Assembly: GCF_009914755.1 (NCBI RefSeq)
Contig: NC_060932.1
Reading direction: 5' to 3' (one strand)
From: the human T2T-CHM13v2.0 reference genome, Homo sapiens
DNA: 64,000 nucleotides
Translations under genes and position numbers: made by a program
The notes under the pieces: generated by a model
Database searches by the model: none
Told to the model about the DNA's origin: nothing
What the model saw: the letters and a program-made list of their open reading frames with translations, nothing else
Shown here: piece after piece, positions 45,143-59,236 of the stretch
Layout of the letters: each line of letters opens with the position of its first letter
How positions within the stretch are numbered: the stretch's first letter is position 1

Positions 45143-46496
45143 TTAGTGAAATTACTGTAGATTGTTTTAAAGCATATAATTACTTGGGGCAACCTGTAGG
45201 CAATGTAAAGAGTTTGGATGGAAACTGTACTAACTGAAAACAATGCTTTATAAAATGAATCCAGCAGAGAGCTCTGCTTTTTGAACACTTGAACAAATAA
45301 ATGGTTGAGAAACATGAAAAAGAAAAAACTAGCAAATCTTGGTAATAGCTTGGTTTGCAGATGTGTGACACAGCATGGATAAATATATTTCTGACATTTT
45401 CTAGGCAAGTGGGATACAAAATGCTATCAATAATTTGAAGAAAAATTAAAATGGGAGAAATAGAAAGCAACAAGAATTTAGTTATAAAGTTATAGAACTA
45501 GCTAAAAGGGTCAAATAATATCTTTTTTTTTTTTTTTTGCAATAGGTACATGTTCAAGGGAATATAAAGTTTGTTATAGCAACACTAAAAGTTAATGGGT
45601 GTTTTGTATTTCACTACAGAAACTGTAAGCCAGCAGTCCTCAGGCTGATTCTGATGTGTTCAGCATGTAATGTTTTCAAAACAAAAACATGTCACATAAA
45701 ATTTTAGATACCCAGGTTTTCTTTAAAAACCAAGGTTCTGGCACTCTACGTCTGACCACTTTGCACATGGCAATGATCTGCTGAAGCTGACAGGCATGTG
45801 ACCTCAAGATTGCCAACTGCCTACCATTCCTCAAGTACTAACATCACATCAACTTCAGTCACTTGGAGGCCTATTAGCTTCCAAATATGCAACCAGTGTT
45901 TTATAAGGGCTTTGTCTACATCACCTCCGTGAATCTTCACAAAAATCTTGTGATGTAGATAGGGTCAAGAGTGCTTTTAACACTCATTTTTCCAATATGA
46001 CTCAGAGAAATTTCCCCAAGTTAGTCTCCCTAAGTTAGCAAGTTGTAGAATCAAGACTCTAATTGAGAATTATGATTGCAAGGCATGATTTGCCCTCTTG
46101 ACTACTCTAGTTCTCACATAATGTGGGGAATATCCAGAACTTGGAGCCAAGTTACATTCTTAATTCAATTTTTAAAAAAGGAAACAACAAAATCCTTTAA
46201 AGTCACTTGTGATAGAACGTAAATCAATTTAGAATATAAAGTTGATGCGTATGGCTTACATATTTAGCTATATGTACAAAGACTATCTACCTGAAGGACC
46301 ACCTGCCCGTGCCTAAATCTATTTCTACACCTATATCACTCATATACATGTGAAAACATCTAGTTTAAAAAATAGAAAAAATATATACTTTTACTTTATG
46401 GAAATATACTGTTACTGAGTGAAACAAAGTTAAAATCTTAAACTTACAAAAATGTGAGTAGTTACATAATTATATTGAAAGTCTAAATAAACTCAC

Positions 46497-46625
46497 CCAA
46501 TAAATTAATGCCATCATTTACAATGAGCTGTCCATGACGCAAGTAGTTCAAAATGGGTTCGAAGTACTCAGGACTTCGGTCAATTAAGAAAGCTCCTCTA
46601 TGATCTTGCTTATTTCCCCAGACAC
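46497..46625 (-). CDS. KCTD9: KCTD9 exon 6; BTB domain
   Basis: cacag|(G)[42 protein letters not shown](G)|gtgagt; T1/BTB motif IDRxxxxFxxILNYLR. Confidence 0.95.
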
Positions 46626-46823
46626 CTGTGTCACCATTATAATAAAGAAAGTCCCCCATAAACAAAAAATAAAGTCAGAAATGTATGAGGAAAAAATTGC
46701 TAAATATAAGTTTTTACTCTTAAAAACTGACATAATTAGTAAGTACAGAAGGTCAGGAGTTATAAAGTCAGCACAGATATAAAACAGGTAAGATGAAATG
46801 TGAAAACAACGTGTTACACTCAC

Positions 46824-46882
46824 CTTTGTCCTTAAACATGTGGGCCAGCATACTGTCAGGTTCTTTATTCACTAAAGTGCTC
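46824..46882 (-). CDS. KCTD9: KCTD9 exon 5; BTB domain
   Basis: cttag|(R)STLVNKEPDSMLAHMFKDK(G)|gtgagt; 59 nt. Confidence 0.93.
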
Positions 46883-47160
46883 CTAAGAATTCAGGGAAAA
46901 AAATTGATTTCTCCATTTGTCTTTATAAACAAACATATTTAAGTCAAGAGTATACTCGATCCCAGCTGCTCTCTCAAAAAGATGCATGCTACAACCTGGT
47001 AGGAGTAACGCTGGGAAACAAAAACGTGCAGTAAGTTGCCATTTATCAGATCCCTTCTAATAGGGTACTTCCTTTGATTTAAACATTGTTTTAGTTTCCT
47101 TTGCTTTAAATACTTGTCTGTCTATCCTGTAAGCAAATTATTACATAATAATATTCTTGA

Positions 47161-47609
<449 letters not shown>

Positions 47610-47794
47610 TTATGCTTTCTCTGGAGTGAACCATGTTTTTTTCTTCAAAAAAAGTTATAAAAAATGGTTTCAGATCACATAGTATATTTAAGCAGCATTT
47701 GAGTATCTTTTAAGGAAATCAGCAAATTGAAGAACAAAGGGTACACAGTGCTTCTTTTGCATTCTCTTTCTAACACACATACACACACACCTAC

Positions 47795-47891
47795 CGTGTA
47801 GTTGTAAAGTACCGCCCTCCAACATTTAATGTCAGCCAGTCTGTGTGGAATCCTAACAATCCCTCAGGAGGCTTAGAATCTGTCTGAGGAT
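47795..47891 (-). CDS. KCTD9: KCTD9 exon 4; start of BTB domain
   Basis: tctag|(D)PQTDSKPPEGLLGFHTDWLTLNVGGRYFTTT(R)|gtaggt; LNVGG motif. Confidence 0.95.
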
Positions 47892-47929
47892 CTAGAGATG
47901 ACATGTAGAAAATAATACAAATATTAAGA

Positions 47930-50700
47930 TTGGGGATTCTGGGAAGATGGTAATGGCATAATTTTTTAAACTGAATACACACATAATAAAAGCATACCAG
48001 AGCTACTAGGACAGCAATACCCAAACCCACAGACTGCATCTAAAACAACACTAGGTGATAAGGTAGTCCCACCAATACCAACAGCTATAAGAGCAGCATG
48101 CTTTCAGCGCCTGTGAAAGAAAAAGCAGAGAGAAGCAACAGGGTATATGATGAACCCATGAATGTTAAAGCCATCCATAGATACTGACTTCATTGCTTAA
48201 TAAGTCTAGCTGAAAACAACAGATTGAGATCATCCCAAAAGTGGGTGATGCAAGTAGTTTGCAGTAAGATCTTATAGGGCTGAAAATAAACTCTTAAAAC
48301 CAAATGGCCAAAACTCCCTTCCATGGACAAAGCCCCATACTGATAAGATGCTGGGAAAATAATCCAAGTTGAATGCAACAAAGACAACAGAGACAAAAAA
48401 AAAAAAGGACTGCAGATGAAAGTTAAGAGGTTTAATAGACCAGAATATATCAGAAAATGAGTTCTGTGTATTTTAAACACTTCACAAAAACAACAGAAAA
48501 GGGAACTCTAGAGCCATGAAATTGGAAAAACTGTCCTGTCAGCCCTCTTTTCAAGTTAAGAAAAACTAATTTCATATAAAAATGAGCAATACAAAAAGAC
48601 TGATCAAATGTTAATACAAAAGTGTTAAAATAATAATTGTCCTTATAGATAATGAAAACATGCCAGAAATACCCACAAAATAGATCAAAATTATAATCTA
48701 ATATTCCAAAACATGCTAAAAGAAGTTTATACAAGGTATAAAACAACAATATAAACCAGGATTTAAAAATTCAGAAATGAGTAGCAAGAACTCCCAAGAG
48801 AATTAGAAATAAAAGAAAAATGATTTTTAAAGACTAAAGCAAAAGAAATACAAGAGTGATTAAACACAATAGACAATGACTTAAGGGAAAGAAAAGGTAA
48901 AAAAGAGAATAGCTTGAAAAATTAAAAAGAAATGGTCAGACGTGGTGGCTCATGCCTATAATCCTCTGGGAGGCCGAGGCGGGTGGATTGCTTGAGCTCA
49001 GGAGTTCGAGACCAGCCTGGGCAACAGGGCAAAACCCCAAAACCCCATCTCTACAAAAAATACAAAAAAATTATCCGGGCATGGTAGCACACATCTGCAG
49101 TCCCAGCTCCTGGTTGGGGGCTGAGGCAGGAGGATCACTTGAACCCAGGAGGTTGAAGCTGTAGTGAGCCAAGATCATACCACTGCACTACAGCCTGAGT
49201 GATGAAGTGAGGCCCTGTCTCAAAAAAATAAATAAAATAAAAAGAAAGGAAAAGAAAGTTTCAAACATAAAAGACAAGTGTAAAAGATCCACCCTACATA
49301 CAATAGAGTCCTGAAAGAAGGAAATCAAATCAAAGTGAACAAAATAAAAATGTCAACTTCAAGAGAACTGTACTGAAATTTTAAAATACATACACTTGAA
49401 ACTATATATTGAAAGGATCCATCACATACTGAGAAAACCAATCCAGAACAACTCAGAACACCAATAAATATTCTACTAAAATTACTGTACTTTAAAGAAA
49501 GAGAAATATCCTTTGGGTGATCTATGAAAAATAATCACATAAGAAAGATCAGATTTTTTGAGACCAACACCTCAGGCCAGAATAAAATGCAGTAACATAT
49601 TTAAGATATTCAAAGAAAAATAATGTGAACCAAGGATTTTTCAATAGCTTCACTGAGGTATAATTAACACAGAACAAGTTACACATACTAAAGTTTATAA
49701 TTTAATAAGCTTTGACATATAATTTTATACCAAAATTATATAAAGATGGTGGATGGCAATGGCATCTTGCCATTGGAAGATGTCACCGAATATTGTTCTC
49801 ATAGTATCTTGGAGAGAAATCTACTAGAGAACAAGTTTCAGATAAACACTGGAAACATAACAAAAGGACTGGAGGTAAGTGTACGCTTGAAGAAGTAAAA
49901 CTAAATGAGTGTATAAAGGGAGACACTATAATATACAATGGCTATATGTTCCGACAATTCAGAAACAATACAATTATTTTTAAGTAAGGGGAGAAGGGAT
50001 TTAGCATATGAAAAACATTTAACTGTTTTTAGTAATTATATTGGTACTGAAAGTATTGAGTTTGTTACTCTGACATTTTTAGATGTGTTCTGTATGGGGT
50101 AAAGTAAATGAGTAATTATGTGACATTATAATTCTATTAGTCTCCATGTCCCTGAAAGTCAGGACTATTGATATAGAAAAAGGAGACACAGATGTAAGAC
50201 AGAAGAGGATAAGTAAAAACCTTATAATCCTTAATATAAACTTTAAGTACTACTATGAAGCCATGAGTTATTTCATCTATCCATATTTTGTTATATATGA
50301 CATATAAACTTTATATCCTATAACATACATTATATACAAATTTTATCTCTACCTATATATTTTCAATTCTGTCCACCAAAAGGCATAGCAACAATAATGA
50401 ACCCAATAGCGAAGAGCCTCCCTAGCACCCAGATTTGTCTTGGAATGACACTTCCCACTAAAAAAATCAAGGCTTGTTGGAAAAATGTTGATCCAGGTCT
50501 GAGACAGGAAAAGGTTTTAAGATGAACACCAGTTATTCCAGATAATAAGAAAGCCATAAAATCCAACAAGGTTTGTTAAAAAGACCCGAAGAGATTTCCA
50601 GTGGCAAAAAATTAAGACCATCTGAACATCAATAAATGCAGAGGATGAAAATATACCAAATATTTTTAAATCCATGAGTTAATAACAATAAAAAAACCTT
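47930..50700 (+). mobile_element. Degraded L1M fragments interrupted by an AluJ (48933-49245); boundaries approximate
   Basis: A-rich, decayed ORF1-like sequence with no intact ORF. Confidence 0.55.
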
Positions 50701-51510
50701 AATTGATCATTTTTTATTGTGTTTGTATGCAGTGGACCAATTAAGTGACCATTGCCTGCCAGTCACTGTTAGGCCAATGGATAAAAGAAGATGAGAAGTT
50801 CTTGCTTACAGTTTTAAGGTAGAGACAGACAGACAAGAGTATGCACTTACTTCTAAGTTGACAATTGCCTGTGCAACAATCGTGAGAACTACTTCCACTC
50901 ACCAAATGCAATTAGTATGATGCTTTAAAAAATACTTAAATATTCAGAGTGTGGACTGTATGGATCTAAATAAATCAAATACTTTATCTTCCTTTCGGCC
51001 TTTTCTTTTGAGATATACAACTATAAGCTTTCTTCCAAATCAAAGGGTAGTGTGTGTGCACACCTGTGTGTGTGGTTGATACCAAGTCATTTTTTGGCTG
51101 ATCTGATCACTGTGAAATACTGTCAAACACTACTTACGCAAGCAATATTTACTCACAAATATGTAATACAACACGTAGAAAAATTTTGACATTCACCATC
51201 AAAGAAAAAATTTTCAAACAAAACAATTGTTTCTAAGATCAAAACTACCTTACTATGTTACAGTTAATGAATATGTATACCTCCAGAGCATTTTAACGGC
51301 ATGTAAAACATGCATCTATAATAAACTACGATCATATAGTAAAAAATTTACTTTAACACACCCAATGCAGAATCAAAAAGTGTGAAGATTTGAATACAGC
51401 CATAAGATCATTTTTAATGTTTAAGCTTAATAGCCCCATTTAAAATAATTGTCATTCCATCTTTTTTTTTTTTTTTTTGGCAGATAAAATTGGCTTTTAA
51501 AGTCACTTAC

Positions 51511-51554
51511 CAATAAATGGCTCTCCTTCACAAACAAACAAAACATCATCATCC
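51511..51554 (-). CDS. KCTD9: KCTD9 exon 3 (44 nt)
   Basis: cccag|(R)DDDVLFVCEGEPFI(D)|gtaagt; phase 2-1 fits both neighbouring exons. Confidence 0.92.
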
Positions 51555-53347
51555 CTGGGGAAATCAAAATTTAAAAAGCTACCATCAAAATCTAAAAATC
51601 ACATTAATTATCTGTTGCTTATAGGAACTATTCCTTACAATTATATAGACAATAGGTTTTGCTATCAATCTAGACTGCAAAGAAGCTAAGTTTCCAATGC
51701 TTTGTTTAACCCCTTGAACTTAACTGTCTTTGAATTTAAATTCAAAAATAAGATCTTGCACATGAAAGTACTTTTGAAATGTGGGGAAAAAAATCTCCTT
51801 ACACAAACGATGTTGAGTTCAGCTTTCTTATCAATTGAGAATGAATAATTATGCTGAAAGGATAGATTAAAGTCACAGCCAACTATTCTTTTTTTCTTTA
51901 CATTTTTTACCCCTAAATCATCAGCTGTTGTGTGCTTTGGAGATGAAATAAACTGTCATATTAAATCTAGGAAAAATATAGCTGGAAGTAACTCTACTGT
52001 CAGTGTTTACCCACTACACATCCACCATACACCCAAATGTAAATGGCTGCACATAACCCACAGTTCTGGACAATCAGTGCACATCCTCTTCCTCAACCCA
52101 TTACCCCAGATACTGTATTGTGAACCAAAAATGAATAAACAGATATCTTATAGCTCAGAAGGCTTCAATTATAACCTTCCATTGTAGACGTTTTTATTTC
52201 CTATAGGACATCACAGGACACGTTAAATTTTTCTAAGAAGCAGAGTTTGTGTTTGTTAAGAAGAAAGTTAGGTTGATGAGGATCATCATCCAACAATGTG
52301 ACTCAGTTTTCCTTAGAAACTGAAAGAAGCTGGGAGATACATATTGAAAAACTAAGAAGTTATCCTAATTTATTTGGATTTAAAATGTAGTGTATAGTAT
52401 TTCCTACTTGTTCACCATGCCAGTTTACTTTTTCAGATTAGTATAAAAATCTGTTTTCATTAACAAAACCCAACTAGCTGTATGACCTGAGTGAGTCCTC
52501 AGCTTCACAGGTAATTCGTTTCCTCATCTGTAAAATGAAGGGTCTAGAACTGATTAACTGCAAAGCAGTATATTATACTGAAAGGTCATTTTGATCTAGA
52601 TTTATACAGAGACTTTGTATATCATTATAGGTTAAAGCATCATTATCTTCACATCACTGATAAAAAAAACTCATGTTTTGCCAATTAAATGGTATAACTC
52701 AGGCAAAGCAATGATAACATAAGTGGCATAGTCAATACTTAATTTGTGTTCCCTTTACCATCTTCTTTGTTAAGCATCTTCCTGCTCCAAAATTCTCTGA
52801 CCTCATGAAGATGAAGTAAGGTGAACTACACACTTGTTTTAAAGAGATAAATCTGCCTGAGATATTTAAGGTACAAACATAAGCCTATAATTATGGTGGA
52901 TCACTGGTGATATCACTACTTAGAATTCTATCATATTTATAAAGTTTTTACAAAATCTGGCCTTTGTAATGATTATAAAATGCAAAGCATTCTTAGGAAA
53001 TGATTAACAAGCAGGCGCATATAAAAGTGAAGAGATGAATTAGATTTTTAATGTTAAAAACTGCACGTCTTACTAGATCCTTCTCTAGTACCACAAAGAA
53101 GAAATTCCTCATAGCTATATATGAACTATGCAGAAAGACTATCAGTATACTGAAATGTACTAAGGGTTTTCTAGCTGATCAATTCACCTTAAGCCCAAAT
53201 GATTTAAATTCCAAAGAGCAAATTCTAGGTAAACACTTGCCAAAATCCTGTACTCTTAACAGTGATTAAATTACTGCTTAAGGGAAACAGCATAGCACCA
53301 AGAAGTTGAGGCACACTGTTGACAGCTTATAAAAAGGTGAAGGTTAC

Positions 53348-53469
53348 CTGATCAAAGCAATATCATCAATCAGTCCACCTTTCCCATTATACACACTGGT
53401 GGCTTTTATGCCGAGTTTACTGCTGGCCACAGAAAGCAAATCAGATAAAGTTCCATATACAGCAACCAC
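53348..53469 (-). CDS. KCTD9: KCTD9 exon 2; N-terminal KHA/ubiquitin-like region
   Basis: tacag|VVAVYGTLSDLLSVASSKLGIKATSVYNGKGGLIDDIALI(R)|gtaacc; exon 1 not in the window. Confidence 0.93.
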
Positions 53470-54329
53470 CTGTAAACACACCAGAATAATATGAACAATT
53501 TCTTTAATACATGTTATCCCCCATAAGTTATAAACTACCACACTAGAACAGTGCTAAAAAGATTATCATATAAAAGGAGACTTCAAAAGGTTCTTAACAG
53601 TGCCCCCTTTTCTTCCATGACTCATTTATTCACTTGGTGCCTAATATTGCCGACTCCTCAACTAGAACATAAGAAATCATCTCTGACCAAAACAATCTAC
53701 AATCCTAAGGTGTGTTAAATAGCGCTCCAGTTGTGAAGTAAGATAGACCTACACTTCGATCTAGAGTCTGACATTTTCTAGCTGTCAACTTGAGTCAACC
53801 TACTGATGCTTCTGTTGCTTTAACTAGAAATGAAGAAAATAGTAGCACCTACTTCAGAAGGTATTATGAAATGAGTTCATGCATAAGAGCTTAGCAAAGT
53901 GCCTGAGACCTAGTAAGTCCCTATTACGTTGTCCTTTTATTATTTATTTATTTGAATGGTTCATCCTTAGAACAGGAGTGTGCTGGTACTGTTTATTATA
54001 TCATTAACGACATCAACTACCACAGAAAAGATAACTTCTCACCTCATTTATTTAATTCTTCACTAACTAAGCCAGATTTTAGCATCTAACATTTAAGAAC
54101 AGAGCAAACAGCTGGGTGACAATGAATTGATGTGTCCTGCTGTGAATCAAGCAGTCTGATATATGTGCAAGATACATGCAACTGTCTAAGCAGGGTGCTG
54201 AGAATTTCTACATGTAAGTGAATTTTGTGCCCTGGTCCTAACTGTAACTATGGGTTCCCAGCGACTGAGTTGTGCAGTTGCACCATTATCAGTTATGACC
54301 TCTGAAAGTTAGGAATAAAAACTAGGTAA

Positions 54330-54625
54330 GGGTCGGGCGCAGTGGTTCATGCCTGTAATCCCAGCACTTTGTGAGGCTGAGACGGGCAGAGCACTTAAGG
54401 CCTGGAGTTTGAGACCAGCCAGACCAACATGGAGAAACCCCATCCCTACTAAAATACAAAAATCAGCCAGGTGTGGTGGTGTATGCCTGTAGCTACTCCA
54501 GAGGCTGAAGCATGAGAATTGCTTGAACCCAGGAGGCAGAGGTTGCAGTGAGCCAAGGTTGCACCACTGCACTCCGGCCTTTATGACCAAGCAAGGCTCT
54601 GTCTCCCCGCTAAAAAAAGAAAAAT
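54330..54625 (+). mobile_element. AluS
   Basis: Dimeric Alu. Confidence 0.88.
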
Positions 54626-54949
54626 AAGTAGGTGAAGAGCTAAACACGAAGCACAGTCAGCTAGCTCATGGACGTCCCAAGATTTATTATGTCAAGATGC
54701 CATATGAAGTGAGCACTAAGGCTGGTCCTCTGTCCACCAGTGACTGGAATAGAGTGGACAGTTTCTAGTTAAATAAATACAGTAAATGGAGGACATGGAA
54801 AAAGCTGCTCGATAACATACGAGTGTGCAGTTTTTCAAAAGCAGAGTACTCAGATTCTAACTTTTTTCTCTTGGATCAGAAGGATGAAAGCCAGAAGAGT
54901 GCTGGGGCATTTTGGAAAGTGTTGAAGGCAAGAAAAATTTAAGCGGAAC

Positions 54950-55780
<831 letters not shown>

Positions 55781-55850
55781 AATACTGCAAAGCACTTGGC
55801 ACAGTGTCCTACACACAGCAGGCTTGCCATAAATAATTAAAGCCTGAGTA

Positions 55851-56157
55851 GGGCTGGGCGCGGTGGCTCACGCCTGTAAAATCTGCACTATGGGAGGCTG
55901 AGGCGGATGGATTGCTTAAGCTCAGGAGTTCGAGACCAGCTTGGGCAACACAGTGAAACCCCATCTCTACTAAAATACAAAAAATTAGCCGGGCGTGGTG
56001 GCGTGTGCCTGTAGTCCCAGCTACTTGGGAGGCTGAGGCAGGAGAATTGCTTCAACCCGGGAGGCAGAGGTTGCAGTTAGCTGAGATCACACCACCACAC
56101 TCCAGCCTGGGCGACAAAGTGAGACTCCTTCTCCAAGAAAAAAAAAAAGAAAAAAAA
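55851..56157 (+). mobile_element. AluS
   Basis: Dimeric Alu with A-tail. Confidence 0.9.
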
Positions 56158-56834
56158 GCCTGACTAAAACATGTCCCCCATATTTCCTATGATTGTTCAC
56201 CTCTGCAACACAGTGAGGTATTCTGTAATTGCATTATACACATTCCTGGGACAAAGCGAAGCGAAATACAGTACCTAGGGCATTGCACACGGCAAAGCTG
56301 GGGTTGTGTTAAGGCAAAGAGCATGAAGAGAGTAAAGACAGAGAAGAGAGAAGCAAACATGCAAAGGAGCAAGAGATTGACCAAAGCAGATGCAAAACAA
56401 CTCCTGCAGTCAGAAGGTGCTGTGAAAAGAGGGTAAGAAGCACAAGCACCTCTTTCCCAATTCAATGTTCTTGGCATAGTTGCCATCATACAAAGAATTT
56501 TCTAAATCTTTCTTTTCCCTCTTATTTACCTCTGGCTCTTACATCTCAGTATGGCTTTCTTTTGCCTGATATCCCCTCCTTGCCCTAACATCAACTTTCT
56601 CTCTCAGCATCTCTTTCACTGTTCTCTCTTGGCCATACCAAAAAATAGATGCAAGTTGAATGCACCTGCCTGTATTATGCTTAATACTTAATGTAATATT
56701 ATAGCTTAAGATCTTATATGACTTATTCAAAATACACTAACTTGAATTGTCGTCTACTTCCATATGATTGACTTGGTTTTTCTGTGGGTCTATTGTCTTC
56801 CGATGAAAATAAAGGCCACCTGCCATGTTTTAAA

Positions 56835-57025
56835 GCTGTGCTGTCCAGTGTGGAAGCCACTAGCTTCATGAGTCTATTTAAATTTTAATCTATTAAAATT
56901 AAAAGTTAAAATGCAGTTCAGTCACACTAGCCACATTTCAAGTGCTCAACTGCCACACTGGCTAATTGTTACCATATTGAATAGCACAAATTTCCATCAT
57001 CTCAGTAGTTCTATTAGACAGTGCC
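56835..57025. mobile_element. MER3-type DNA element
   Basis: CTGTGCTGTCCAGT...TTAGACAGTGC; CACTAGCCACATTTCAAGTGCTCAA core. Confidence 0.7.
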
Positions 57026-57747
57026 ATTTTAAAGAGCAGAAAAAAAAAAATGAAGAAAAAAAAACACAACTATTTTAATTCTATTAGGCTTTCCCATGAC
57101 ATAGGAACCCAAAGTAACAAACTGATGAAATACAACTCAAGACCTGTTTGTTGTTTTATTTAGAGGGTTGGGATGTTGCCATCTTCTGTTTCTTCCCCAC
57201 TGAAGTCAAATGTGACCAGACGATAGAAAAAAACCACACATACTGCTTGGCAAGGACTATTTTCAAGGCAATCAAAGTACAACAGGTATTTCCTTGTAGG
57301 CTGTAAAACTACTAAGGAGCACAGTCTAGGTATAAATTGAATTCAACTTTTATTGCCACTTAAATCAATCCTAATAAGGTATCAAAAACAATTTACCGTA
57401 TCACTAAATATTTTCTAATCTGGCTGTCTGCCTGGATCCTAAAGGTCCAATAAAAAAAATTAATTTGCAAAAAGTTGTTATGAATTCTGTGAATAGAGGT
57501 AACCAATTATCCCTTGGTAAAGCTGATAAGCAGCACTAAAGAAGTACATTCCTGAGCTGTTCTACTAATAACCGCCATAGGTTCAAATGGTACATTACCT
57601 GGCTTACAGCAGGTCTTTGACAAATATTTCTTGAATGTTGAGTGTTGAAGTAGGACACACCTTTTTTGTGTGACAGTCATATTCATTTAAGTCTCTTACA
57701 CTGTCATTAGGGTAAAAAAATACACAGTATAAATGCAATTCTAAAGC

Positions 57748-58009
57748 AGTCTGGGCATGGTGGCTCAAGCCTGTAATGCCGGCACTTTTTGGGAGGCCAA
57801 GGTGGGTGGATCACCTGAGGTCAGGAGTTCAAGACCAGCCTGGCCAACATGGTAAAACCGTGCCACCACGCCCAGCTAATTTTTGTATTTTTAGTAGAGA
57901 CGGGGTTTCACCATGTTGGCCAGGAGGGTGTCAATCTCTTGACCTCGTGATCCAACCGCCTCAGCCTCCCAAAGTGCTGGGATTACAGGCATGAGCCACC
58001 ACACCCTGC
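57748..58009. mobile_element. Two partial Alus fused in inverted orientation
   Basis: A + strand left arm joins a - strand Alu directly at ~57860. Confidence 0.88.
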
Positions 58010-59090
58010 TAAGTTTTTTGCTTTATTTTGTTTGTTTTCCAAATTTGTTACAATGAACCTATATTACTTTTGTAATAAGGGGGGAAGTTTTAATTTATTT
58101 TAAGGTCTCCATAGCTCCAGATACTAGTTCTATAAATAAAATTATTTTAGCAGTTTGCAATCAGGCAGTTAACAATTTCCTTTAAGTGAAATAACCAAAG
58201 GGTGGTCAATTAGAGAAAACAGAATTAAAATTAATACGAAGAATCTTATAGTTCTAGAAATTTGAAAATTTCCCTTAAGTTGGGCCAATATACTTGTTTT
58301 CACTTGGAGGGCTATTCTTGACGTTTGTTTTCCAACTAATCATTCGCACATACTAACAATACCATACAAATAAAAAGGAGTTATGTTGCAATACTAATAT
58401 TCAAATATGCAAAAACTCTGTATTTTAAACTAATTAGAAACCAGGTTTTAAAATATATATATCAACATAAATTTGTCATACATATGGAAAAGATGATTAA
58501 GTTACGGAGAAAGTTGCAAACAGACTGGCACATGCATTCTTCTTTATATAACTCTTTTGAGAAAGAGGAGCAATAAAAATCTTGTATATCATGGACATAA
58601 GCTCCAGTTAGTATATACTAAGATTGTTTTTGTCCTCATACTGAGCCAAATAAATCATAAAATGATAGTGCTTACAAAGGTCATTTACTTTGTATGTGTT
58701 ATCTCCACCATGTGGCCTGATGTTTCCATGTCACTGGGATTATCTACCTTAACAACTTAGGCCCTAAGAATAGAAGCATTTTACATTTATTGAGAAGCAT
58801 GTCTATTAAAGTTCATGATGTCTGTATTATACTACTTTTCAGAGTCAATTATTTTTAAATTTCAGATCCCATGACAAGTGAAAGCTGCCTATGAGTTGGA
58901 GAGTAAATGGAACACCATGCCTAGTACGATTGGCTAGTTTTAATTTGCCTTTAAACACCATTTTCAAATTGTAACCTGTATTATTTAAATTTAAAAATTA
59001 AAACCTGCACATGCATGTAAAATATTTTTTTCTTTTATACCCACAAGATTTATTACATAATACACAATAAATACACAAGTATTTGTGTAT

Positions 59091-59236
59091 TTGAATTCAA
59101 CTTTTATTGCCACTTTAATCAATCCTAATAAAGTATCAAAAACAATTTACCATATCACTAAATATTTTCTAATCTGGCTGTCTGCCTGGATCCTAAAGGT
59201 CCAATAAAAAAATTAATTTGCAAAAAGTTGTTATGA
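59091..59236 (+). repeat. Direct copy of 57337-57483
   Basis: 146 vs 147 bp; 3 substitutions and 1 indel. Confidence 0.93.

Noticed and set aside
57337-59236. The 146-bp repeat as a CRISPR-like array or structured RNA gene
   Set aside because: Only two copies, no spacer periodicity, no snoRNA or tRNA motifs; better explained as a repair insertion
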